From Candidatus Merdivicinus faecavium (lineage in GTDB: Bacteria > Bacillota > Clostridia > Oscillospirales > Ruminococcaceae), in assembly GCA_018716285.1 (NCBI GenBank), contig DVKD01000025.1, positions 42,000-105,999 of the forward strand: DNA of 64,000 nt, given 5' to 3'. The translations under genes were made by a program, and so were the position numbers. Under the pieces are notes generated by a model that was not told the DNA's origin, ran no database searches, and was given only the letters and a program-made list of their open reading frames with translations. Within the stretch, counting starts at the first letter, position 1, and the number at the start of each line of letters is the position of its first letter. Positions 1 through 8,262 of the stretch are shown here, in pieces.

Positions 1-991
1 GCAGCAGGATGAAAAACGGCGCGCCGATGACGGCGGTCAGGATGGAGACCGGGATCTCGGCGGCGGTTGCGCAGCGGGCCACCGTGTCGATGACCAGCAT
101 GAAAATCGCCCCCAGCCCCATGCTCGCCGGCATGACCCGCTGGTTGTTGCTGCCGAAAATCATCCGGGAAATGTGCGGGATTAAAAGCCCGACCCAGCCG
201 ATCACCCCGCAGAGGGAGACAACCGAGGCGGTCACCATCGCCGCGCCGAGGATAACCACCGCCCGCACGAGCTTTACCCGCACGCCGAGGGAGGACGCTT
301 CCTCCTCGGTGAGGGTCATTGCGTTGAGCTTCCAGCGGCATAAATAGAGGATCACAAGCCCCGCCAGGATGAAGGGCGCGCCGAGCATCAGCTTTTCGGC
401 CGTCGTCCCGGAGAGGGAGCCCATCAGCCAGAAGGTGATGGCGGGCAGCACATCCTGCGGGTCGGCCACATATTTGACCAGCGAGACGAGGGCCGAAAAG
501 AGGGCGCTGACCACCATCCCGGCCAGGACGATCATGACGATGGAGGAGCGGCCGCTCCGCTTGTCGGCGCTGACCAGGTAGACAAGCCCGACGGCCAGCA
601 CCCCGGCCCCCAGCGCGAAGACCTGGGTCATGATGCCCGAAAGGCCGAGCAGGATGGCGAATACCGCCCCGAAGGAGGCCCCTGTCGCCACCCCCAGCGT
701 GTCAGGGGTGGCGAGCGGGTTGGCAAACAGGGCCTGGAAGGCGGCGCCCGCCGCGCTCAAGCCCGCGCCGGCCAGCAGAGAGAGGAGGATGCGGGGGAGG
801 CGGACGTTCAAAACGGTGTTGCGCATGTTGTCGGTGACCTCCGCCGCCCCGGGCAGCCCGGGGAAGAGGACGGCGAGGACCTGCCGCACCGGGATCTGAT
901 ACCGCCCCAGCGCCAGCGCGGCGACCGAGAGGATCAGGATGGCCGCGATGATCCCCACCGCCCAGAGGCGCGATTTGACCGGTTTTTCCAT
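1..991 (-). CDS. FecCD/BtuC-family ABC importer permease (iron-chelate/corrinoid type); C-terminal end runs off the window
   Basis: Absent from the ORF track because there is no stop in the window. My reverse-strand translation from ATG at 991 gives MEKPVKSRLWAVGIIAAILIL...RLPRILLSLLAGAGLSAAGAAFQALFANPLATPDTLGVATGASFGAV...VIGAPFFILL, a typical FecCD signature. AGGGGG RBS upstream. The + strand ORFs at 9..899 are shadows. Confidence 0.85.
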   Translation of the reverse strand, partial: MEKPVKSRLWAVGIIAAILILSVAALALGRYQIPVRQVLAVLFPGLPGAAEVTDNMRNTVLNVRLPRILLSLLAGAGLSAAGAAFQALFANPLATPDTLGVATGASFGAVFAILLGLSGIMTQVFALGAGVLAVGLVYLVSADKRSGRSSIVMIVLAGMVVSALFSALVSLVKYVADPQDVLPAITFWLMGSLSGTTAEKLMLGAPFILAGLVILYLCRWKLNAMTLTEEEASSLGVRVKLVRAVVILGAAMVTASVVSLCGVIGWVGLLIPHISRMIFGSNNQRVMPASMGLGAIFMLVIDTVARCATAAEIPVSILTAVIGAPFFILL

Positions 992-1001
992 ACAGTACCC
1001 C

Positions 1002-2207
1002 CTAGCGGATAATGGTCACGCCGCCCGCGGAGGAGGGATTGTACATCCGGTCGATCTGCTCGTCGGTCAGGGAGACGCCGTACAGCTCTTCGTAGTAGTC
1101 CCGCACCTCGGCGGTGATGTCGATATCCGCAAACAGGTCGGGATAGACCGTCTTGGCCATCCAGAGGAAGGTGACGGGGGTGTCGGCGCTGGGGGTGTAG
1201 CTGCGGTAGGTGCCGAGCGGCATCTTGTAGACCGCCCCGTCCTGGACCGCCTGCACGCTCGACCAGTCGTAGCCGCCGATGGTGTTGTTTAAGACGTCCT
1301 CGGGCTGGGCGGTGGTGAAGTTCGTGATCATGATGATGTCCGGGTTCCACTGGTAGACCTGTTCCATCGTGATGACCGCGTTGGAATTGTCGGCCGTGAC
1401 CTCCTCGGCGGCGTTCCTCGCGCCGATTGCGTCGGCCCAGTACTGGCCGAAGAAGTTTTTGCCTGAGGTGATGATCTGGTTTTCATCATACTGGTAGAGG
1501 AAGAGGATGGATTTCTTCTCCTCCGCGGGGATGTCCGCCACCCGCTCCTGCACGAGGTCGTAGACCTCCTTGCTGTAGGCGGAGATTTCCTCGCTCTTGC
1601 TGCTTTCGGGGAAGATCTGGCTCAAAAGGTCGATCCACTGATCGTAGGTTTCGAGGATGTCGTAGCCGAATTTGCTCGGGGAGATGCCGACGGCGGGGAT
1701 GCCGGCGTTCTCGATGGCGTCCATGAGGTCGGTGCTGCTCGCGTTGACTAATACGACGTCAGGATCAAGGTTTAAAAGCTCCTCGACGTTTAAGTTGCCG
1801 CCCTGCATGAAGCTGGTGTCCGCCTCGAGGATCTCGGGGAAGAGCTCACCCAGCAGCCCGGATTCGGCGGCGGTCATGCTGGACGGGTGGATGCCGACGA
1901 TCTTTTCGGCGGAGCCGAGGAAAACGGTCAGGACCGAAGCGATGGGGAGGATGTCGGTGGTGACGACCCGGTCGATCTCATTGGGGACCTCGACCTCCCG
2001 CCCGGCGTGGTCGACGATGACATGGGTCGCGGAAGCTTCCGCGCTCTCCGCGCTTTCGGGAGAAGCGGCGCTGCTCTCCGCGGACGAAACGGCGGAGGAA
2101 GCGGAGGACTCCGCAGAGGATCCGCCGGCGCCGTCCGCGGAGCAGCCCGCGAGGGCGGTCAGGGCGAGGGAGGCGCTTAACAAAAGGGCAAGGATGCGTT
2201 TTTTCAT
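1002..2207 (-). CDS. ABC transporter substrate-binding lipoprotein, periplasmic-binding-protein type 2 (siderophore/heme/cobalamin class)
   Basis: Start trimmed to MKKRILALLLSASLALTALAGC (lipobox). A Ser/Ala-rich linker follows, then a BtuF/FhuD-like body (DRVVTTDILPIASVL..., DPDVVLVN, NPDIIMI). Lies 10 nt upstream of the permease start. Confidence 0.85.
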   Translation of the reverse strand: MKKRILALLLSASLALTALAGCSADGAGGSSAESSASSAVSSAESSAASPESAESAEASATHVIVDHAGREVEVPNEIDRVVTTDILPIASVLTVFLGSAEKIVGIHPSSMTAAESGLLGELFPEILEADTSFMQGGNLNVEELLNLDPDVVLVNASSTDLMDAIENAGIPAVGISPSKFGYDILETYDQWIDLLSQIFPESSKSEEISAYSKEVYDLVQERVADIPAEEKKSILFLYQYDENQIITSGKNFFGQYWADAIGARNAAEEVTADNSNAVITMEQVYQWNPDIIMITNFTTAQPEDVLNNTIGGYDWSSVQAVQDGAVYKMPLGTYRSYTPSADTPVTFLWMAKTVYPDLFADIDITAEVRDYYEELYGVSLTDEQIDRMYNPSSAGGVTIIR

Positions 2208-2226
2208 GGGAATTTTCCTTTCTGGG

Positions 2227-3396
2227 TCAAAATTTATGCTGAGAGAACCACTCGTCCCAGCTCTTTCCGACAAAAACCGGGATCTCCTTCCGCCAGATGC
2301 GGCCGGAGTAGCCCTCGTGGGGGAAGCGGAGGAAGGATGTGCCCTTGGGCAGCACGAACCGGTAGATCGGGTCGGCGATGACGAGGTCCGCCCCCTGCAT
2401 CGCGGCGGCGATCTCGCGCTCGCCGGTCTCCCGCAGGTCGCCGGGAGCGAGGGTTTCGCCGTCTAACTCGAGCGGGCAGAGGACGCGGGCCGGCTTTCCG
2501 GTGAAAAGCTCATACGCCCGCCGCATCGAAGCGGCCCAGACCGCCTCCCCGATGATGAGAGCGCCGCCCTCTCCGGGGATCTCCGCGCCCTTTGCCGGGA
2601 ACCGGCATTCCCCGGTTTGGGCGGCTTCCCGGACGGCGGACAGGTACCGCGCGGTCAAAGCTTCCCCCATCGGGATGCCGACGACGTAGGGCGCGCCGTA
2701 CTTCTCGCGGAAAAACTGCGCGAGCTTCAGGCCCGCCGAGGAGAGAACGAGGTTGACCGAGGCCCGCCCGGCCTCCATCAGTTCCTCCCAGCTGCTGCCC
2801 ATCGCCCAGCAGGAGCGGACGGGGATGCCGTTTTCTGCAAAGAGGGCCCGCAGCGCCTCGACATTCCCCATAACCGAAAAATCGAGCGGCGTCACCCCGA
2901 GCAGGTTGACCGACAGCCCCTCCGCGCGGGGAAGCGCCGGGCTAAACCGCCGCGCAACCGCTTCAAAGGCCATCGACGCGCCGGTCACATAGGACTGCAT
3001 CCCGGTTGTCTGGAAGCCGAAGCAGGGGACGCCGGTCCGGCGCTCGGCCGCCCGGGCGATGCCGGGCAGGTCGGCGCCCATCATGGCGGGGATGGGCGTC
3101 CCGGCGACGGCGCAGAAGCGCGGCTTCAGCTCCCGGATGCCCTCGACGAGGTCATGGAGGAGCTTCTCCTCGTCCCCGAGCATCGCCTCCATTTCGGTGA
3201 GGCCGGAGATGTAGATGCGGCTGGGCATGGTGTACCAGCGCGGCTCGTCGTGGGTGTTGTAGGTCGAGTTGCAGCCTGAGGCGTCATGCATGACGGTGAG
3301 CCCGCCCATCTCGTAAAGGGCCGAACAGACCCCCGAGACGTCGGCGGTGTAGGTGGACAAAATCCGATTGGCCTGTTTCAACACGAGCACCCCCAT
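2227..3396 (-). CDS. Nitrogenase component-1-type oxidoreductase, NifK/NifN/BchB-like subunit
   Basis: 389 aa. The N-terminus STYTADVSGVCSALYEMGGLTVMHDASGCNSTYNTHDEPRW resembles the Oxidored_nitro family. Overlaps the upstream D-like gene by 19 nt. An alternative GTG start lies a few codons downstream. Confidence 0.7.
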   Translation of the reverse strand: MGVLVLKQANRILSTYTADVSGVCSALYEMGGLTVMHDASGCNSTYNTHDEPRWYTMPSRIYISGLTEMEAMLGDEEKLLHDLVEGIRELKPRFCAVAGTPIPAMMGADLPGIARAAERRTGVPCFGFQTTGMQSYVTGASMAFEAVARRFSPALPRAEGLSVNLLGVTPLDFSVMGNVEALRALFAENGIPVRSCWAMGSSWEELMEAGRASVNLVLSSAGLKLAQFFREKYGAPYVVGIPMGEALTARYLSAVREAAQTGECRFPAKGAEIPGEGGALIIGEAVWAASMRRAYELFTGKPARVLCPLELDGETLAPGDLRETGEREIAAAMQGADLVIADPIYRFVLPKGTSFLRFPHEGYSGRIWRKEIPVFVGKSWDEWFSQHKF

Positions 3397-4703
3397 CCCT
3401 TGACCTGGATGATGGAAGGGACGTCCTTGCGGGTCTTCGCATCCGCTTCCATCTGTCCGGCAAGCTGTTTGATTCCCATAAAGCCGTAAAAGCCGCCGCC
3501 CTCGAGGAGGTTGACAAAATATTCGGTCCCGGTGAAGAAGGCCGCCTTCTGCCCGATGGCGAGCAGCCCGCCGGCTTGCGCCGCCTCGTCGCGGGGGAGC
3601 AGGCCCATCTTCATCTGGACGGTCGGGCGGAGGATCAGTTCCGGCGCGTGCTCCCGCAGCCAGCCGAAGGCCGGTTTCTCCGCCGCCGAAAAGCTGTCCG
3701 CGTAGACCGAGACGACCCGGAAGCCGTGCTCCAGGAGCAGCTTCGCGAGCCCCAGCGGCCGGGAAGTCGCGGTGTAGTCGATGGAGACGGCCATCCCGTC
3801 CAGCTCCCGCGCCGCGTGGGCGAGGGCTTTTTCCGCCTCCTTCCGCAGGGCGGCTGCATCCGGCATCGGGAGGGAGAGCCGCCTGCAGAGGGCGCGGAGG
3901 TTCCCCTCAATTTCCTCAAAATCGTAGCTGAGCGGGAGGTGGAGATGGGGAATGGAAAGCCTTTTTTCCAGCGCCTCCCCGCCGGGAACGGCGGCGGGGT
4001 TGGTGGTGATGGAGAGGGCCGCGGCGGCGTGGCGCTGGTACTCCTCATAATTTTTGCAGCCGGCAATTTCGAGCACCTCATATCCCTCCGCACGGAGGAG
4101 CTTCATCATTTCGCCCTCCGGGGAGAGGCGCTCGTTGTTGCCGAGGATGGCGACGAGCTTTTCCTCCCGCGGGGCGGGCTTTAAGAGGCTGTAAAGCTGC
4201 CGGCGCATTGTCGCGTCGGGCGGGAGCTTGCTCTTGCGCATGATGGGGTTCATGTAGCAGTCGGTGAAGTCGACCGCCGGGTACTTTTCCCGCAGCTTTT
4301 TGAAGACGTAGTCCATATCGCAGCCGGTGAAGTGGTGGATGCAGCTGGTGTACAGGAGCAGGGCGCGGGGGAGCTTCTCCATCCCGGAAAAAATCTCGTC
4401 CACCCCGTCCAGAATGAGCTGTTCCATATCCCCGTCGAGGAGGTTGTTCTCCTGCACCGCGATGGTGGAGAAGCGGTCGAACGCCCCCATCTCGGCGGCG
4501 GTCAGGACGACGCCCCGCAGGCAGCCTTCGGCGCAGACAAAGATCTGGTGGCTCTCCGGGATGAGCATCCCGACGTGGACGATGTTCCAGCTCCCCCGCG
4601 CCGGTGCGGCGTACTCGAGCCCCGAGGGGAAGGGGGCGGGGAAGGACGCCTCCGAAACGGGGACGACGGTCCCTTCCCGGGTGATTTCATGCAGGTCGAT
4701 CAT
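3378..4703 (-). CDS. Nitrogenase component-1-type oxidoreductase, NifD/NifE/BchN-like subunit
   Basis: 441 aa. Cys-containing segments IFVCAEGCLRGV and LLLYTSCIHHFTGCD are typical of NifD/E/BchN-like proteins. ATGA start/stop overlap with the NifH-like gene. Confidence 0.7.
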   Translation of the reverse strand: MIDLHEITREGTVVPVSEASFPAPFPSGLEYAAPARGSWNIVHVGMLIPESHQIFVCAEGCLRGVVLTAAEMGAFDRFSTIAVQENNLLDGDMEQLILDGVDEIFSGMEKLPRALLLYTSCIHHFTGCDMDYVFKKLREKYPAVDFTDCYMNPIMRKSKLPPDATMRRQLYSLLKPAPREEKLVAILGNNERLSPEGEMMKLLRAEGYEVLEIAGCKNYEEYQRHAAAALSITTNPAAVPGGEALEKRLSIPHLHLPLSYDFEEIEGNLRALCRRLSLPMPDAAALRKEAEKALAHAARELDGMAVSIDYTATSRPLGLAKLLLEHGFRVVSVYADSFSAAEKPAFGWLREHAPELILRPTVQMKMGLLPRDEAAQAGGLLAIGQKAAFFTGTEYFVNLLEGGGFYGFMGIKQLAGQMEADAKTRKDVPSIIQVKGWGCSC

Positions 4704-5467
4704 GCGTCCTCCCTCCCGCAGGCTCTGAGCACCTGCTGCGCGAGCTTCTCATATTCCCGCGCCATATCGCTCTCCGGGAAGGCAGCGAGGACGGTCTTGC
4801 AGAGCTCCTCCGCCCTCTGGACATCTGCGCTGAAGGGGAGGTCGCCGACGATTTCGGTGCGGATGTCCTCCGCCAGCTCGCGGACCTTTTCCTCCTCGCG
4901 GGGGACGCCGCGGCGGTTTAAGATGATGCCGCCCAGCGAAGCGTAGCCCCGGTCGGCGAAGTGCTCGACGGCGAGGGCGATGTTGGCGGCCGCGTGGATG
5001 GCCATATTCTCCCCCGAGGTGAGGAGGAAGACCTTTTCGGCATAGCCCTCCCGGATGGGCATGGCGAAGCCGCCGCAGACGACATCGCCCAGCACGTCGT
5101 AGAGGACGACGTCCGGCTTATAGACGGAGAAGGCGTTTTTCTCCTCCAATAGCTCGAGGGCCGCGATGATGCCCCGCCCGGCGCAGCCGGTGCCCGGGGT
5201 GGGGCCGCCCGCCTCGACGCAGAGGACGCCGCCGTCCCCGACCGCGACCAGATCCTCCAGGGAAGCGGCCGCCTTGCCCTTCTGGCGGAGGGTGTCGAGG
5301 ACGGTGGGGAGCATTTTCCCGCCGCGAAGGTTTACCGTCGAGTCGGCCTTCGGGTCGCAGCCGATCTGCATGACGGTCAGGCCGCGTTTGGCGAACGCCA
5401 TCGAAAGGTTGGCGGCGGTGGTCGATTTGCCGATGCCGCCCTTGCCGTAAATTGCCATCTTGATCAT
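4700..5467 (-). CDS. NifH/BchL/CfbC-family ATPase (nitrogenase iron protein-like)
   Basis: MIKMAIYGKGGIGKSTTAANLS (P-loop), CDPKADST (switch I), GCAGRG and VVCGGFAMP (both 4Fe-4S cysteine ligand contexts). Start trimmed to the ATG that forms an ATGA overlap with the radical SAM stop. Confidence 0.9.
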   Translation of the reverse strand: MIKMAIYGKGGIGKSTTAANLSMAFAKRGLTVMQIGCDPKADSTVNLRGGKMLPTVLDTLRQKGKAAASLEDLVAVGDGGVLCVEAGGPTPGTGCAGRGIIAALELLEEKNAFSVYKPDVVLYDVLGDVVCGGFAMPIREGYAEKVFLLTSGENMAIHAAANIALAVEHFADRGYASLGGIILNRRGVPREEEKVRELAEDIRTEIVGDLPFSADVQRAEELCKTVLAAFPESDMAREYEKLAQQVLRACGREDA

Positions 5468-6522
5468 TGTTTGTCCTCCCATCTGTAGTCGCCGCGGCCC
5501 GGGTCCGGCTCGTAGCCGATGGCCCGGATGGATTCCCGCAGCGCCGCGAGATTGTCGGCAGCCGCTCCGGCCGTGCCGAGCTTGTTGTTGTAAAGCTGGT
5601 ATCTCGCCCGCGCCTCATCCGGGGAGATGTTGGGCATGACCACGTTCGCCCCCGCGAGGATGCCGCGCTCCCGTCCGCCGGGCAGCAGCGTCCCGAGGGC
5701 GGTGGTGGCAGGCAGCAGCACCCTGGGGTGCATCAGCCGGACGATGCTCAGGAGAAAGAGGGTGTCCTCCGCCGTGCCGGCCGGCTCGTCCCGGAAGGGG
5801 GTGTCCTTGTGGGGGAGGAAGGGCCCCATCCCGATCATCTGCGGCTTTAAGTCCTGCATGAACAGGAGATCCTCCGCGAGGTTTTCCGGCGTCTGGAAAG
5901 GCGCGCCGACCATCATCCCGCAGCCGGTCTGGAAGCCTAAGGCGATGAGGTCGTGGAGGCAGCGGACGCGGTTTTCGAAGGACATTTCCGGCGGGTGGAG
6001 CTTCCCGTAATGGGCGGGGGAGGCGGTCTCATGCCGGAGGAGATAGCGGTCGGCCCCCGCTTCGCGGAAGCGGGCGTAGCTCTCGTAAGGCTTCTCGCCG
6101 ATGGAGAGGGTGACGGCGCAGTCCGGGTAGGCCGCCTTGACGGCCCGGACGATGGAGACGACCCGTTCGTCGGTGAAATACGGGTCCTCCCCGCCCTGGA
6201 GGACAAAGGTCCGAAGCCCCTGCTCATGCCCCCACCTGCAGCAGAGGAGGATCTCCTCCTCCGAAAGGCGGTAGCGCAAAGCTGCGCGGTTGCTCCGCCG
6301 GATGCCGCAGTAGAGGCAGTCGTTTCTGCAATAATTCGTAAATTCGATGAGCCCGCGGAAATAGACCTTCCGCCCGAATTCCCGCAGCGCGGTCTCCCGG
6401 GCGAGGGAGGCGGCCGTTTCGCAGTCCTCCGGGCTGCGGGTCGCGATGAGGCGGGCAAGCTCTTCACGGGGAAGGCGCTCCCCGCGGGCGAGGGCCAGGA
6501 TGCGGGCCTGGTTGCCGTTCAC
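5464..6522 (-). CDS. Radical SAM enzyme of the HydE/PylB/BioB-like group
   Basis: NYCRNDCLYCGIRRSN (CxxxCxxC radical SAM motif in the HydE-type context), ~350 aa TIM-barrel size, GTG start with an AAAGGA RBS. First gene of the operon. Confidence 0.8.
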   Translation of the reverse strand: MNGNQARILALARGERLPREELARLIATRSPEDCETAASLARETALREFGRKVYFRGLIEFTNYCRNDCLYCGIRRSNRAALRYRLSEEEILLCCRWGHEQGLRTFVLQGGEDPYFTDERVVSIVRAVKAAYPDCAVTLSIGEKPYESYARFREAGADRYLLRHETASPAHYGKLHPPEMSFENRVRCLHDLIALGFQTGCGMMVGAPFQTPENLAEDLLFMQDLKPQMIGMGPFLPHKDTPFRDEPAGTAEDTLFLLSIVRLMHPRVLLPATTALGTLLPGGRERGILAGANVVMPNISPDEARARYQLYNNKLGTAGAAADNLAALRESIRAIGYEPDPGRGDYRWEDKQ

Positions 6523-6758
6523 AGCAGATCATCCTTTCTAAAAAGAAACGCAAAAAACCCTTTTGTCCTTCCGGGGAAGGCAAAACGCCGTTCCGGAAAG
6601 GGCAAAAGGGCGGAAAAATCCTCACAAATGCGCAGAAGGTTCTTCCCGACCGCCTTATGACTCCGGAGCGACCCATTGTCGGTTCAGTGCGACAGGTTTT
6701 GCAGGCGCGGTTTGCGGGCAGGCGCACCTTTCCGCTCACCGATAAGCTGTACAGATTC
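6523..6758 (-). promoter_or_regulatory. Long structured 5' leader of the radical SAM/nitrogenase-like operon; riboswitch-type architecture, class unassigned
   Basis: About 235 nt lie between a sigma-A-like promoter and the GTG start. Several GC helices and a terminator hairpin plus U-run sit just before the RBS. Only weak resemblance to cobalamin (GGAAAGGTG..CCCGC..GCACTG) or Moco (GGAAAGG, CTCCGGAG) riboswitch cores. Confidence 0.4.
6551..6586 (-). terminator. Candidate attenuator/intrinsic terminator inside the leader
   Basis: Minus strand reads TTTTGCCTTCCCCGGAAGGACAAAAGGGTTTTTTGCG: a hairpin followed by a T-run, about 28 nt before the start codon. Confidence 0.45.
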
Positions 6759-6787
6759 AGTATAGCACAATTTCCCAGGGAATACAA
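6759..6787 (-). promoter_or_regulatory. Sigma-A-type promoter for the nitrogenase-like operon
   Basis: Minus strand: TTGTAT, 17 nt spacer, TGcTATACT (extended -10). Confidence 0.55.
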
Positions 6788-6825
6788 GAGAATTTTTTGG
6801 GTTTTCCGGCAGGTCCCGTTGCTAT

Positions 6826-6854
6826 TTGACAACCCCCTCCGACGGGCGTATAAT
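6826..6854 (+). promoter_or_regulatory. Sigma-A-type promoter for the MATE gene
   Basis: TTGACA, 17 nt spacer, TATAAT. Confidence 0.6.
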
Positions 6855-6897
6855 GTAAAAAGAAAGTAAAACGATTCGAAAAAGGGAGGCCTCTTTT

Positions 6898-8259
6898 TTG
6901 CAGAATGATTTTTCGAAGGGCAGTGTGGGGCGGAATATCCTCATGCAGGCGATCCCGCTGACCATCGCCCAGCTCATCCAGCTTCTTTATAATGTAGTCG
7001 ACCGCATCTACATCGGCCACCTGCCCAGCGCCGACGGCCTTGCGCTGACCGGCATCGGACTGGCTTTCCCCCTCATTTCCCTGGTCTCCGCCTTTACCAA
7101 CCTGTTCGGGATGGGCGGGGCGCCGCTCTGCTCCATCTCCCGCGGCGGCGGGAAAAATGAGGAGGCGGAGCGGATCCTCGGGACGACGGCGTGGCTGCTG
7201 CTCGTTTCCTCGGTCGCGATCACGGCGGCCTGCTACCTTTTCAAAAAACCGGTCCTCTACCTCTTCGGCGCAAGCGACCAGACCTACGGCTATGCCGACG
7301 AATACTTAAGCGTCTACCTTATCGGCACCGTCTTTGCGATGGTCGGCCAGGGGCTCAATTACTTCATCAACGCGCAGGGCTTTGCCCGTTTCGGCATGTG
7401 CACCACCCTTTTGGGCGCGGTGCTGAACATCATCCTCGACCCGCTCTTCATCTTTGTTTTCCATATGGGGATCATGGGCGCGGCTGTCGCGACGGTGATC
7501 TCCCAGGCGGCGTCGGCGGTCTGGGTGGTCTGGTTCCTGACCGGGAAAAAGGCGATCCTGCGGCTCCGCCGGGAGTATTTCCGCTTTGACCCGCAGCTGT
7601 TCGGGCGGATCACGGCGCTCGGGCTCTCGAGCTTTATCATGTCGGCCACCAACTGCGTCGTCCAGGTGACCTGCAACAACACCCTGCGTCAGTACGGCAG
7701 CGACCTTTACATCGGGGTCATGACGGTGCTCAACTCGGTGCGGGACATCATCATGCTCCCGGTCTCGGGCATTACCAGCGGTTCCCAGCCGGTGCTCGGC
7801 TTCAACTACGGCGCGGGGGAGTACCGGCGGGTGCGCAAGGGGATCCTTTTTACGCTGCTGCTCGGCTCGATCTACTCGCTGGCGGCCTGGATGGCTGTGC
7901 TCTGCTTCCCGGGCTTTTTCATGCGGCTGTTCAGCTCGGACGCCGCGACCATAAAAGCCGGCAGCGAGGCGATGCGCATTTACTTCTTCGGCTTTATCAT
8001 GATGGTCTTCCAGTTTTCGGGCCAGTCGACCTTTGTGGGGCTGGGGCGCTCGAAACAGGCGATCTTCTTCTCCATCCTGCGCAAGATCATCATCGTCGTC
8101 CCGCTCACGCTGCTGCTCCCGCGGATGGGATTTGGGGTGGACGGCGTCTTTATCGCCGAGCCGGTCTCCAACGCCATAGGCGGCGGGCTCTGCTTCCTCA
8201 CTATGATGCTGACGGTCTGGCGGGAGCTGGGGCGGAAAGAGCGGGAAAAGGCGCAGTGA
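6898..8259 (+). CDS. MATE family efflux transporter
   Basis: GRNILMQAIPLTIAQLIQLLYNVVDRIYIGHL is a typical MATE N-terminus. 12-TM-like hydrophobicity. TTG start after an AAAGGGAGG RBS. Confidence 0.9.
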   Translation: MQNDFSKGSVGRNILMQAIPLTIAQLIQLLYNVVDRIYIGHLPSADGLALTGIGLAFPLISLVSAFTNLFGMGGAPLCSISRGGGKNEEAERILGTTAWLLLVSSVAITAACYLFKKPVLYLFGASDQTYGYADEYLSVYLIGTVFAMVGQGLNYFINAQGFARFGMCTTLLGAVLNIILDPLFIFVFHMGIMGAAVATVISQAASAVWVVWFLTGKKAILRLRREYFRFDPQLFGRITALGLSSFIMSATNCVVQVTCNNTLRQYGSDLYIGVMTVLNSVRDIIMLPVSGITSGSQPVLGFNYGAGEYRRVRKGILFTLLLGSIYSLAAWMAVLCFPGFFMRLFSSDAATIKAGSEAMRIYFFGFIMMVFQFSGQSTFVGLGRSKQAIFFSILRKIIIVVPLTLLLPRMGFGVDGVFIAEPVSNAIGGGLCFLTMMLTVWRELGRKEREKAQ

Positions 8260-8262
8260 GAT

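Noticed and set aside
9-899. Three + strand ORFs (9..347, 369..581, 630..899) at the left edge.
   Set aside because: They lie antisense to a continuous FecCD-type permease frame with textbook motifs. Their own translations have no family resemblance.
2227-5467. Bona fide molybdenum nitrogenase (nifHDK).
   Set aside because: The D- and K-like proteins are about 441 and 389 aa, clearly shorter than NifD/NifK. No nifB, nifE, nifN or nifV lies nearby. The operon context is a radical SAM gene plus a chelate importer. I therefore call them nitrogenase-like only.
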